Notes: generated from the sequence alone by a model not told the origin. A stretch of DNA of 64,000 nt from Microcoleus sp. (GCA_052279835.1 CP181291.1:4864001-4928000); one strand, 5' to 3'. Numbered from the stretch's first letter, positions 18,653 through 28,921 are shown. Program-made: numbers and translations.

Positions 18653-19281
18653 TTATCCCAGTGAATGTGTTACGTTAAACTTTTTTAACTGCGGATAATT
18701 ACTCTCATTTGAAATTAAATTAATAATTTCTGGCATTGATGAAACTACGGTTATTTGCTCGGAAAATGGAGATTTAGACAAGTCTTGCTGTTCCTGTATT
18801 CCATAGCCAGTTTTAACCAGAAAAGCTTTCATACCCAACTGCAAACCAGGCTCTAAATCCCTGAGTCTATCCCCGATCGCCCAACATCGCGTCGGGTCTA
18901 AACTATGGTCGGCGATCGCTTGGAGAAATAACCCAGGCGACGGCTTGCGACACTCACAAACGCAACTATACTCGATAACTTGACCTTGCGGGTAATGGGG
19001 ACAGTAATAAAAATCGGCGATCGCCCCAGAAGCAGCTTCAGCATCCCGCCGCATTTTATCATTAACTGCCTCAACTGCCTCCACTGGGAAATAACCCCTA
19101 GCCACTCCCGATTGATTAGTCACCACCAATACTGAGATGTCCTGAGTCTTCAGGAATTTTAGTGCTCCAGCACTCCCGGAACCCACTCAATTTGGTCGGG
19201 GTGGCTCAGGAAGTGGCTATCTTGAATTAGAGTACCATCGCGATCGCACAAAATTGCTTGCGGCTTGCTAAAAGATGGCAT
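18653..19281 (-). pseudogene. gmhB: GmhB-type heptose-1,7-bisphosphate phosphatase (HAD IIIA), split by a 1-bp frameshift
   Basis: ATG 19281 gives MPSFSKPQAILCDRDGTLIQD...WVPGVLEH-stop. Another frame continues ALKFLKTQ...VTNQSG...YCPH...CECRKP...IGDRLRD. Break at ~19165. Confidence 0.8.
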
Positions 19282-19283
19282 CT

Positions 19284-20894
19284 TTATACCTTTAACACTG
19301 TGGTAGCAAATTTCAACAACCGAGCTTTTTCTACTGGTTCAGCATTCCCAAGAGTATTAGCTGAAATTGCCCCAGCCAAATTCCCTAGTAGCGAACCAAC
19401 TGCGATCGGCAATTCCAACTTCGCACTCAAGCTAGCCAGAGCAAAAAACGCATCACCAGCCCCAATTGTATCCTTCACCGCCAACGTCATTGCCGGACTC
19501 ACATCTTCTTCTCCTTTAGCATTCATTCCCAACGCTCCCGAAGAACCCAAAGTCAGCCATCCTTGGTGAGCATCTAGATGTTGGAACAAGCCTTTAAGCA
19601 GATAATTGTGGTCTCCGTAACGGCTAGAAAAAGCTAAACGTAGTTCTTGTTCGTCCAAACAAAAAACATCTGCTTTGCGGTACTTGGTAATTAAGTTATA
19701 GCCGTAATTTGCACTATTTGTTTGGCAGTTTAAAGCCAAAAATGGAGCTTCACTTTGAACCAAATCCATGAGTTCAGCATCCAGCAATCCATGTCCGTAA
19801 TCGGCCACCACCACCAGGTCATAATCCCGAATCGTTTTCCGCAAACGATCTAACAAATTTTGCCGCTGACTGGGAGCAGGTCCTTCTTCTTGCAGCTCAT
19901 TAATAGAAAACAGCTTGCTGTAATTATCTCTCATTCCCTGCCGCTCAATGTAACGGCGTTTCGTGACGGTGGCTGCACCATTTTCATATTGCAAATCTAG
20001 CCGAATACCGCCATTTATATTATTCAAAATCAAGCTGTGAATGTCGGGTTCATTTCCCACGACACCAGCCACAGTTACAGAGTCTACAAAACTAGCAATG
20101 TGGCGAGCAATAGCCAAAGAACCTCCTAAATGCTGTTCTTTCTTCAAAAAGCGAGTCGAAATAACTCTGCCTTTAGAAGTCAAGCCCTGCACTGTACAGT
20201 GGACAAATTCATCAATAATGACGTCCCCCAACACTAAGACTTTGAGTTTTTGCATCGCATCAACGCCCTTACGAATTTCATCAAAAGGGTATTGTTGGCT
20301 TAATTGAATGGCATAGCTTTTGATATGCGGTGGCAACACATCGGTGTAGTTATTCAGAAGCTTTGTTGAGCTAAAGACAATCTCGCCTGTATAGCGAATT
20401 TCACCACCGTAGGCTTGAACTCGATCGGCTTCCCGGTCAATATTTTTAGTAACATCTTGACTGTGGTCAGCATATTCGTGACCTTTGCAGTAAAAATTTG
20501 GCTGAACTCTATCGAGTACATCTAAAGCTGTGGCAACAGGAGCTAATAGCACATAGTCTACACAAGCTAAAGAGGCAAGAGAATAAAGTCGCAAATCGTC
20601 AGAAAAAACCGGTCTCCCAGGGCCTCGGTTGACATAAGGAGCTGCGGTAATGGAAACTACCAATACATCTCCTAAAGCTTTGGCTTCTTGCAAATGGGCA
20701 ATGTGACCGGGGTGAAGCAAATCAAACACCCCATGACAGAGAACTATCTTGCGGTTCTGTTCTCGGACCTTAGCAAGTACCTGTTTACAAGTTTCAAAAT
20801 CAAGATATTTTTCTGTGTTTTTTGTCAGCATCTGTGAACTAAATTGTGTACTTTCTAACTCAGACGGGCTTGCCACCATACAATACCGGATCAT
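19284..20894 (-). CDS. bifunctional nucleotidyltransferase (RfaE-II-like) / PfkB kinase (RfaE-I-like), HldE-like with reversed domain order
   Basis: N-terminal HGVFDLLHPGH and SSTKL; C-terminal VLGDVIID, ADYGHG, DTIGAGD. Confidence 0.88.
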   Translation of the reverse strand: MIRYCMVASPSELESTQFSSQMLTKNTEKYLDFETCKQVLAKVREQNRKIVLCHGVFDLLHPGHIAHLQEAKALGDVLVVSITAAPYVNRGPGRPVFSDDLRLYSLASLACVDYVLLAPVATALDVLDRVQPNFYCKGHEYADHSQDVTKNIDREADRVQAYGGEIRYTGEIVFSSTKLLNNYTDVLPPHIKSYAIQLSQQYPFDEIRKGVDAMQKLKVLVLGDVIIDEFVHCTVQGLTSKGRVISTRFLKKEQHLGGSLAIARHIASFVDSVTVAGVVGNEPDIHSLILNNINGGIRLDLQYENGAATVTKRRYIERQGMRDNYSKLFSINELQEEGPAPSQRQNLLDRLRKTIRDYDLVVVADYGHGLLDAELMDLVQSEAPFLALNCQTNSANYGYNLITKYRKADVFCLDEQELRLAFSSRYGDHNYLLKGLFQHLDAHQGWLTLGSSGALGMNAKGEEDVSPAMTLAVKDTIGAGDAFFALASLSAKLELPIAVGSLLGNLAGAISANTLGNAEPVEKARLLKFATTVLKV

Positions 20895-21141
20895 CCCAGT
20901 TTTTATAAATATACTAGGTGATGTTCGCGATCGCCAGTCTACAAACTTGAGTCTGAAATGAACTGACTTTGTTCACCCAAACCGCAGCAGGTTTTATTGA
21001 TGCGACACTATCCCTGAACACTTTTAACCGCTCAGCTACAAACAGACTATTATCCTAATAATGCCCGTCTTATTAGATCTTTCAAGTGGCTATTTTAAAC
21101 AGAAGACTAGGATTTAAGACTAATGTTCCCGCCACCTGAAC

Positions 21142-23082
21142 CTAGATCCGCCCTACTTGAGTTTTAACAGCCAGAACACGCTGGATCAATTTTTTCCATT
21201 CCAGCGAATTGCTCAACGAGTTCGTATCAAAATACTCACCTTTCTCTAAAGAAAAGCGACCAAAATTTTCTAACCAATTCATTACTGTTTCTGTCCGTGA
21301 GAAAGGCGTACAATTCAAGGATTTCTGTAAAGAACGAGACATCCCAGTCCTATCGTTGTTGCGATAAGCATACCAGGCTTCCCAGACTAGAACGCCGTAC
21401 TGCACCTGATTGCTTTGATCTGGATTTTTGACCGTATTTTCCTCAAAACGCCATCTCTCTAATTCCCCGGCAGTTTGGTGCAGTTGTGACTGAGACTGTT
21501 CCAATGCTTGCTGAGTCGAGTAAAGTTGGGACTGCGACTGTTCCAATGCTTGATGGTGTTCGGCTTGGGAGAGTTCCAATGCTTGCTGAGTTTGATGGTG
21601 TTCGGCTTGGGAGAGTTCCAATGCTTGCTGAGTCGAATAAAGTTGGGACTGCGACTGTTCCAATGCTTGCCGAGTTTGATGGTGTTCGGCTTGGGATTGT
21701 TCTAATTCTTGCTGAGTCGAGTAAAGTTGGGACTGCGACTGTTCCAATGCTTGCCGAGTTTGATAGTGTTCTGCTTGGGATATTTCTAATTCTCCCAGAA
21801 TTTGATGGTGTTGGGCTTGGGATAGTCCCAATTCTTCCTGAATTTGATGGAGTTGAATTTGTATTAATTCGCAATCTTCCTGAGCCTGGTACATTTGCGA
21901 CTCAAATCGATCGCGATCTTCCTGAGCTTGATAAAGTTGAGCTTGGGTTAATTCCAACTCTCCCTGAGTTTTGTAAAGTTGTGACTGGGATATTTCCAAA
22001 TCGCTTCTAGTTTGATGTAGTTGGGGATGAACTTTTTCCAACTCTTCCTGAGCTTGATATAGTTGCGACTGAAATCTATCGCACTCCTCCTGAGTTTGAT
22101 AAATCTGAGCTTGCGCGAGTTCCAATTCTCCTTGAACGGGATAAATTTGACCTTGGACTACTTCTAACTCTTTTTGAGTTTGATTCAATTGGGTCAGAGA
22201 TTGCTCTAGCTCTGCCTGAGCTTGATATAATTGCGATTGTGACTGCGCCAACTCTCTTTGACTCTGATGCAGTTGGGCTTTGCACTGTTCAAACTCTCTC
22301 CGTTGTTCGTAGGTCATATGGTAATATAAATCTGTTGGTTCTACATTTAAGTTAAGATTAAAGTCGCTTGAAACCTTGGATAATTCTATTATTGCAATTG
22401 AATTTGCCTGTGACCAAGGCCATCCGTATTCGCTATCCCTAAGTTCGAGAACATCTACTTCCCTCCAAAGCATATAATGCTTATCGTCTGCTGTTTCTCT
22501 ATCTATTAGCTTTAAATAGTTGGCGGATATGGCATCTTTCGGAATGGCATATTTTTTCCATAAAACTTCTAAATACTCTTTGCTAAACTGAATGTACCAT
22601 TCTGCATCTGTAAGTCTGCCAAAAGGAACGGTAATCAAGGCTTTTCCATTAACAGCCAGCAAATCGTATATTTTGGCGATCGCCTTCAATGGACCTTCGA
22701 GATCGCGCGAGTTTGTTTTTTCGCCATAGCCTCCCGAAGGATCTCCGGCTTGCCCTATGTGTTCTACACTGGAAATTGATACTATTGCATCATATTTTTC
22801 CGCTGAGGGCAGGTCCATCAAATCTTCATTTTCTACACCGAGGTCTACTTCAAATTTATCTATAATTCGTCTCGTTCTCACACCCATATTTTCGCTCAAT
22901 GAGTTTTCATAGTGAGAGAGTACGTTGCCCACTTCTAGGATTTTTTGAGTATTTTCCAGATTGGCAATAAAATCAAAAGCGATAGAAATTTCTACTGCTC
23001 TTTCTGTCGGATTATTAAATTTAATCCGATTGTAATATAGCTCTTTACCTTTAAAAGTAAAGGTTCTTGTCCACTTACTCAT
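21142..23082 (-). CDS. methyltransferase-like N-domain + long Gln/Glu-rich coiled coil + C-terminal helical domain
   Basis: TERAVE, ILEVGN, YDAIVSISSVEHIG, then ~280 aa of 14-residue LEQSQSQLYQTQQ-type repeats; ATG 23082 after GAGGAA. Confidence 0.7.
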   Translation of the reverse strand: MSKWTRTFTFKGKELYYNRIKFNNPTERAVEISIAFDFIANLENTQKILEVGNVLSHYENSLSENMGVRTRRIIDKFEVDLGVENEDLMDLPSAEKYDAIVSISSVEHIGQAGDPSGGYGEKTNSRDLEGPLKAIAKIYDLLAVNGKALITVPFGRLTDAEWYIQFSKEYLEVLWKKYAIPKDAISANYLKLIDRETADDKHYMLWREVDVLELRDSEYGWPWSQANSIAIIELSKVSSDFNLNLNVEPTDLYYHMTYEQRREFEQCKAQLHQSQRELAQSQSQLYQAQAELEQSLTQLNQTQKELEVVQGQIYPVQGELELAQAQIYQTQEECDRFQSQLYQAQEELEKVHPQLHQTRSDLEISQSQLYKTQGELELTQAQLYQAQEDRDRFESQMYQAQEDCELIQIQLHQIQEELGLSQAQHHQILGELEISQAEHYQTRQALEQSQSQLYSTQQELEQSQAEHHQTRQALEQSQSQLYSTQQALELSQAEHHQTQQALELSQAEHHQALEQSQSQLYSTQQALEQSQSQLHQTAGELERWRFEENTVKNPDQSNQVQYGVLVWEAWYAYRNNDRTGMSRSLQKSLNCTPFSRTETVMNWLENFGRFSLEKGEYFDTNSLSNSLEWKKLIQRVLAVKTQVGRI

Positions 23083-23506
23083 TTTTTCCTCAAAATGCAA
23101 ACTCTCAAGTTATCTGCCACAGCTAACGATGAAAATATGGACGGCTGGACAGTAGTGTAAAATTTAGCGTTCAACCAGCGATTATATTTAGCAATAGCAG
23201 CACAACTTAATAAAAGTTAGCGTTCTTACTCCATATTTTCACCCCATCCTATTGGCTCAAATTCCTCGACGATCGCCCGAAACTCCACCCAACAGAATTG
23301 CCAAAACTCCCATTCGCCCTAGGGCAACCTACTGCCAAAATCCTTTTCCAGAAACCTACCACAATTTCGAGTCGGTTTTGCCCTCGCCCCCAATGAACTA
23401 AAGCCATCACCACCCACGAACATACCAGACCGCAGGCCCTCTCAGGATGTTCCCACATGGATTCTATACAAACTTTCCTTTGCCTCCGCAGACAAGCCAG
23501 ATGTCA

Positions 23507-23620
23507 CTGGTTCCCAGGCTCTTCCGGGAAACCCATGTCTAGAGGTCTTGCCTAGCTTGGATCTGCCCCAATTTCGAGGCAGAGCCTCTGGTTCTGCGTT
23601 ACCAGGCAGAGCCTGGTAAC
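23507..23620. repeat. dispersed palindromic repeat (CTGGTTCCCAGGC...TGCGTTACCAGGCAGAGCCTGGTAACGAG)
   Basis: Second copy of the same family at 35764-35851. Confidence 0.8.
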
Positions 23621-23730
23621 GAGTAGACGAGTAGACGAGTAGACGAGTAGACGAGTAGACGAGTAGACGAGTAGACGAGTAGACGAGTAGACGAGTAGAC
23701 GAGTAGACGAGTAGACGAGTAGACGAGTAG
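23621..23730. repeat. perfect 8-bp tandem repeat (GAGTAGAC) x~14
   Basis: Read directly from the sequence. Confidence 0.97.
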
Positions 23731-23865
23731 AATGAAACCACCCCCCCCCTACCCCCCCCAAGGAGGGAGATGGGAAGGGGGACTAGGTTTGACTTTAAGT
23801 TGTCACCAATGGGATCTTCCTGGTAACGAGTAGAGGGAGTAAACGAGTCGAAACAAGTCAGGCTT

Positions 23866-24885
23866 CTAGCCTTCCCATCTTTGGGCGACTAATTCAGCCA
23901 AGTCAACAACTCGCTGACTGTAGCCCCATTCATTGTCGTACCAAGCCAAAACCTTTACCATGTCGCCATCCATCACTAGGGTCAAGCTGGAATCTAGAAT
24001 GGAAGAAGCATCACTGCCTCGATAGTCGCAAGAAACTAAAGGTAAATCGTTGTACTCCAAAATTCCTTTCATGGAGCCTTCGGCTGCTTCCTTGAATACT
24101 TGATTTACTTGCTCGGTGAAGGTCTTTTTCTCTACCTGAGCGACAAAATCAACTACGGACACATTGGGAGTGGGTACGCGCATGGCAATCCCATTTAGTT
24201 TGCCTTTCAATTCTGGAATCACCAAAGCCACAGCTTGAGCTGCACCGGTAGATGTCGGCACAATATTCATGGCAGCAGCCCGTGCCCGCCGCAAGTCGCG
24301 GTGGCTAGCATCCAGCAAGCGTTGGTCGCCTGTGTAGCTGTGGGTAGTGGTCATCATGCCCTTGACGATGCCAAAATGTTCGTGGAGCACTTTCAGCACT
24401 GGAGCTAGACAGTTGGTGGTACAGCTAGCATTGCTGATGACTGTGTAGTCACTGTGCTTGTAGTTATGGTGGTTGACTCCCATCACGTAGGTTCCCACTT
24501 CTGGGCCTTTGCCCGGAGCGGTGATCAGCACTTTTTTAGCGCCGGCGGTGATATGCTTTGAGGCTCCAGCTTGGTCTACAAACACGCCTGTTGATTCAAT
24601 AATCAGATCGATACCCCACTCTTTCCAAGGCAAGTTTAGGGGATTGCGATCGCTCACGCATTTAACTGTCTTGCCGTTAAGAGTTATGGAATTTTCATCG
24701 GCACTGATGTCCACACCCTTCAACGTTCCCATCATGGAATCGTATCTCAACAAGTGAGCATTACTTCGGGGATCGGAAGTGTCATTAATAGCTACCAACT
24801 CTAGCTCGCTGTTTTCTCTGCCCAGCCAGCAGCGCGCAAAACTGCGCCCAATACGCCCAAAACCATTGATCGCGACTCGAATCAC
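23866..24885 (-). CDS. gap2: type I glyceraldehyde-3-phosphate dehydrogenase (cyanobacterial Gap2 type)
   Basis: [47 protein letters not shown]. Confidence 0.93.
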   Translation of the reverse strand: MIRVAINGFGRIGRSFARCWLGRENSELELVAINDTSDPRSNAHLLRYDSMMGTLKGVDISADENSITLNGKTVKCVSDRNPLNLPWKEWGIDLIIESTGVFVDQAGASKHITAGAKKVLITAPGKGPEVGTYVMGVNHHNYKHSDYTVISNASCTTNCLAPVLKVLHEHFGIVKGMMTTTHSYTGDQRLLDASHRDLRRARAAAMNIVPTSTGAAQAVALVIPELKGKLNGIAMRVPTPNVSVVDFVAQVEKKTFTEQVNQVFKEAAEGSMKGILEYNDLPLVSCDYRGSDASSILDSSLTLVMDGDMVKVLAWYDNEWGYSQRVVDLAELVAQRWEG

Positions 24886-25035
24886 CTTAGTACCTCCTAA
24901 CGATGGCAGTCCCTAAATTAGGGTAAAATTTTGGAAAAATTTAAGAATTGACTATGAAACAAGATCATACCGCAAAGGCCGATCCTTTCTAACTTTTTGT
25001 CTATAATGAACAATCAGTTAAATCCAGTTATAGTC

Positions 25036-25701
25036 TCAGCTCTGGTAAAGCTGATGGTTAACAATATAAGTCCTTACGGCCTCTGGGACTAAATGCCCGA
25101 TCGCTCGACCTTGACTACAGTAACGACGGATGGCAGTGGAAGAAACTTCGATCGCGGGCATAGCCAAAACCTGCCACCGCATCTGCACTCCCCTCAGACT
25201 CATCTTTTTGGCAACCACAGAACAAACAGTATTCGTCTCCAGCATCTGGTCCTCGGCAGCATCCATCGACACTTCCCTCTGCAACTCCTCCCATCCCCCT
25301 GTCCGGCGTCCGGCTACCAACCACTGACACAAACCCCCAATTTCCGCACACCGGGGCCATTTGGGTAAAGTTTGGAAAGCATCAGCACCAATAATCCAGT
25401 AGAGCTGAGCCTCTGGATACAAATTTTGCAAATACAGTAAAGAGTCGATCGCACCCGCCGCAGAGGGATTGGTATCTAGGGGTAAAAGTCCAAAATCCGG
25501 TCGCTGTGCAATCGCCAGAGCTACCATTTCCCGTCTTTGTTCAAAAGTTGCCAAAACACTGTGCAGCTTGTGGACAGGAGTGCGATCGACCGACCAGAAT
25601 ACGCGATCGAGACCCAATTGAGAGACGGCTCTGTTAGCCATCCACAAATGCCCCCAATGCACCGGATCGAAAGTCCCCCCCAAAATCGCTACTTTTTCCA
25701 T
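25036..25701 (-). CDS. nadD: nicotinate-nucleotide adenylyltransferase
   Basis: GGTFDPVHWGH, IIGADAF, VSSTAIR; probable start ATG 25701. Confidence 0.9.
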   Translation of the reverse strand: MEKVAILGGTFDPVHWGHLWMANRAVSQLGLDRVFWSVDRTPVHKLHSVLATFEQRREMVALAIAQRPDFGLLPLDTNPSAAGAIDSLLYLQNLYPEAQLYWIIGADAFQTLPKWPRCAEIGGLCQWLVAGRRTGGWEELQREVSMDAAEDQMLETNTVCSVVAKKMSLRGVQMRWQVLAMPAIEVSSTAIRRYCSQGRAIGHLVPEAVRTYIVNHQLYQS

Positions 25702-26086
25702 ACAAAGTGGTAGTCTTGGTAAATCTTTGTGGGTTTCACCCCACATCGGGCGTAAAAATATCGCGGGGCCATTGCTGCGGTATCCCAGCACAGCAAGAGG
25801 ATGGGAAAAAATTATACAGGAATATGCGATCGCCCAAAATCCGTCAGTTGCCCCAGACCCCCAAAGCTCATCCTTGCTAAATTGCAAGTTAAGAGATATG
25901 ACTGTTCCGGAAATCTACTCGGTACCAAGTCATATAGGATACAAGAAAAGTATCTCTACCAATCCCAAAATCGAGGGACTAGCAGAGAATTTTGTACAAA
26001 AATATATAGCGAAATGTATCCTGAAAAAACAATTCTTGATATCATATCGCGTGTGATTGGCGTGGTGTGGTGCGTGAGGAGCGAAA

Positions 26087-27643
26087 ATGCCGAGTTCAGT
26101 TGATTTCAGTGGTAAACCATTTCATTTCATCGGCATTGGTGGAATCGGAATGTCAGCCCTTGCCTATATTCTAGCGAAACGTAACTTGCCTGTGTACGGT
26201 TCGGATATTAAATCGAGCCACATAACTGAGCGCTTGCAAGGAATGGGAGCTCATATTTTTTGGGGTCAAGACGCTAGCAATTTTGAACTATTTCAAAAAC
26301 CGACACTTGACCATAGTCCCGCAGGTCAGCCTCCAGACAAACCCGTATCCTCCGTAGGGGAAAGTTGGCTAGGGGCTTCTGTGGCGACAGCCGAAGCTCT
26401 CCCATCCCATGGGAGTGACCAAAGAGCTAGGTCGGTACTGGGACTGCCCCAAGTAGTATGTTCGACGGCAATTCACCAGGGAAATGCCGAATATAGAGCT
26501 GCTTTAGATTTGGGCTGTCCGATTTTTCATCGATCGGATGTTTTGGCAGCCTTGATTCAAGATTACCAAAGCGTTGCCGTAGCAGGTACTCACGGTAAAA
26601 CTACCACTAGCAGCTTAATCGGTTTCATGCTGATGACCGCCGGTCTAGACCCAACCATAGTCGTAGGAGGCGAGGTAAATGCTTGGGAAGGGAATGCTCG
26701 GTTGGGGGATGGCCCCTACTTAGTGGCGGAGGCTGATGAATCCGATGGTTCCCTTGTCAAGTTGGTAGCCAAAATTGGCGTGGTGACAAATGTGGAACTG
26801 GATCATCCAGACCATTACGATACCCTCGACCAGGTAATAGACACATTTAAGGTGTTTTCCCAAAACTGCCAAACTTTGGTGGGCTGCATTGATGACCAAA
26901 TTGTCAAAGACTGCCTCCAACCAAATATTACCTACAGCTTGCAGCCAGATAGCGGTGCTGACTACACGGCCGATGATGTCCTGTACGGTGCCGACAGTAC
27001 CAGGGCTCGGATTTGGGAACGAGGAGTTCTCCTGGGGGAAATGGAGTTGAAACTGCTAGGCAAACACAATCTCAGCAATGCCCTAGCGGCGGTAGCAGTG
27101 GGTCGATTGTTGGGGTTGGATTTTGCGGCGATCGCCTCTGCGATGGCTGGCTTTGAAGGGGCACGCCGCCGTTTTGAAGTGCGGGGTTTTCACAATGACA
27201 TCCTGTTTGTGGATGACTATGCCCACCATCCTAGCGAAATTCGTGTCACCTTGGCTGCTGCTAGGTTGCGTATAGAAGGTAGCGAAGTAAATCCTAAATC
27301 GGGAAGAGTGGTTGCCATTTTTCAACCTCACCGTTACAGCCGGACTCTGACTTTTTTGCCAGAATTTGCCCAATCTTTTACTGATGCTGATTTGGTGGTT
27401 ACTTGCGAGATTTATAGTGCTGGGGAACCCAATTTAGGACAAATTAGTGGGCAAATGGTGGCTGATTTAATTGCTAAAGAAGGGCAACAGGTGGAGTTTC
27501 AGGCTTCCTTGGAATCAGTAAGTAAGTTTTTAACCGAAAGTTTGCAACCGGGGGATTTGGCTCTATTTTTGGGTGCTGGAAATCTCAATCAGATTATTCC
27601 AGAGGTGATGGCTTTTTATCAAGCAGCCGATCGCCCGCATTAG
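26087..27643 (+). CDS. murC: UDP-N-acetylmuramate--L-alanine ligase
   Basis: HFIGIGGIGMS, GTHGKTTT, EADESD, DDYAHHP, FQPHRYSRT. Confidence 0.96.
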   Translation: MPSSVDFSGKPFHFIGIGGIGMSALAYILAKRNLPVYGSDIKSSHITERLQGMGAHIFWGQDASNFELFQKPTLDHSPAGQPPDKPVSSVGESWLGASVATAEALPSHGSDQRARSVLGLPQVVCSTAIHQGNAEYRAALDLGCPIFHRSDVLAALIQDYQSVAVAGTHGKTTTSSLIGFMLMTAGLDPTIVVGGEVNAWEGNARLGDGPYLVAEADESDGSLVKLVAKIGVVTNVELDHPDHYDTLDQVIDTFKVFSQNCQTLVGCIDDQIVKDCLQPNITYSLQPDSGADYTADDVLYGADSTRARIWERGVLLGEMELKLLGKHNLSNALAAVAVGRLLGLDFAAIASAMAGFEGARRRFEVRGFHNDILFVDDYAHHPSEIRVTLAAARLRIEGSEVNPKSGRVVAIFQPHRYSRTLTFLPEFAQSFTDADLVVTCEIYSAGEPNLGQISGQMVADLIAKEGQQVEFQASLESVSKFLTESLQPGDLALFLGAGNLNQIIPEVMAFYQAADRPH

Positions 27644-27791
27644 CTAGCTCCCGTGGGATCGAAGGACTTTCATGGCGGTGCAGATAGTACCGAAACTTCT
27701 GTGTGCCTAGTGGTTCTTTTCCTACTCACAAAAATCAATAAATAGACTCTCAACCAATTCTTTGCTCGAAGGTATTTTAAGGAATTTCAAA

Positions 27792-28748
27792 ATGGTGACT
27801 ATCTCGAATGACTCCTCTGTTAAGGGCAATCGGCGAGTTTATTCTCCTATTTCTTTGGGGGGAACTGACTGCAAGATTAACTCTCAAGTGTCTTTGGCGA
27901 GCATGACTTCCTTCCGAGTCGGTGGGCCAGCAGAATGGTACGTTGCTCCCCGCTGTATAGAAGCTTTGCAAGCCAGTTTTGCCTGGGCTGACTCGGAGGG
28001 GTTGGCTGTGACTCTACTGGGTGCCGGTTCTAATCTGTTGGTGAGCGATCGGGGTTTGTCCGGTTTGGTCGTCGGTACTCGATACTTGAAACAGGTGAGT
28101 TTTAATCCCGAAACAGGTCAAGTAACTGCCGGGGCTGGGGAATCTATTCCCCGTCTCGCTTGGTTGGCTGCTAAACGGGGCTGGAAAGGTCTGGAATGGT
28201 CTGTGGGTATACCGGGGACTGTGGGAGGTGCTGTGGTGATGAATGCCGGGGCACACAGGGGCTGTACTGCGGATATTTTGGTGAATGCTCGCGTTCTCTC
28301 ACCAAGTGGTAAGGTAGAAATTCTGACTCCCCAAGAGTTGGGCTACCGTTATCGGACTTCGGTGCTGCAAGGGGGCGATCGACTCGTAACAGAAGCCACT
28401 TTTCAGTTACAGCCGGGATTCGATCGAGCGGCTGTAATGGCAGAAACTAACAATAATTTCAGCCAGCGACGGACGAGTCAACCTTACCACTTGCCTAGCT
28501 GCGGTTCTGTTTTCCGCAACCCCAGTCCGAAGGCGGCAGGCTGGTTAATTGAGCAAACTGGACTGAAGGGATATCAAATTGGCGGAGCTCAAGTAGCTCA
28601 ACGCCATGCTAATTTTATTCTTAACTGTGGGTCGGCAACGGCTAATGATATTTTTCAAGTGATCCGCCACGTTCAAGAGCAAGTCCAAGAGCGGTGGTCG
28701 CTATTGTTGGAGCCAGAAGTTAGAATACTGGGAGAGTTTCCGTTATAA
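27792..28748 (+). CDS. murB: UDP-N-acetylenolpyruvoylglucosamine reductase
   Basis: GAGSNLL, GIPGTVGGAVVMNAGA, GSVFRNP, HANF, LEPEV. Confidence 0.96.
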   Translation: MVTISNDSSVKGNRRVYSPISLGGTDCKINSQVSLASMTSFRVGGPAEWYVAPRCIEALQASFAWADSEGLAVTLLGAGSNLLVSDRGLSGLVVGTRYLKQVSFNPETGQVTAGAGESIPRLAWLAAKRGWKGLEWSVGIPGTVGGAVVMNAGAHRGCTADILVNARVLSPSGKVEILTPQELGYRYRTSVLQGGDRLVTEATFQLQPGFDRAAVMAETNNNFSQRRTSQPYHLPSCGSVFRNPSPKAAGWLIEQTGLKGYQIGGAQVAQRHANFILNCGSATANDIFQVIRHVQEQVQERWSLLLEPEVRILGEFPL

Positions 28749-28758
28749 AGCGGGCATG

Positions 28759-28921
28759 ATCTTAAATTAGGGATTACGTACGGTCGGGCAGATCGAAACT
28801 TGGGTGGAAACCCTCAACGCTTGTGGAGAGGACGATCTCTACTGATGCTGGAGAAATTCTGTGTCAGCAAGTCGCCTCAACGAATCAAGAATCTCAGTGT
28901 CTTTACACATGAGAGTGCCAA
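28759..28921 (+). mobile_element. IS200/IS605-family remnant: tnpB 3' tail plus right end (omega/reRNA-scaffold-like)
   Basis: Encodes GLRTVGQIET...NACGE (TnpB C-terminal tail pattern), then AATCAAGAATCTCA-GTGTCTTTACACA-TGAGAGTGCCAA subterminal hairpin and end. Confidence 0.75.

Noticed and set aside
21443..22285. Alternative-frame and antisense ORFs in the coiled-coil gene
   Set aside because: Shadows of the repetitive coding sequence
23240..23500. Possible decayed gene fragment (SYWLKFLDDRPKLH...)
   Set aside because: No start codon or recognisable family; cannot be supported without a search
23442..23761. ORFs of 99 and 69 aa (YSSTRLLV repeats)
   Set aside because: Translation artefacts of the 8-bp tandem repeat
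26290..26445. ~50-aa low-complexity insertion in MurC as an intein or mobile insert
   Set aside because: No intein terminal motifs or repeat signature; variable loops here are recalled as common in cyanobacterial MurC
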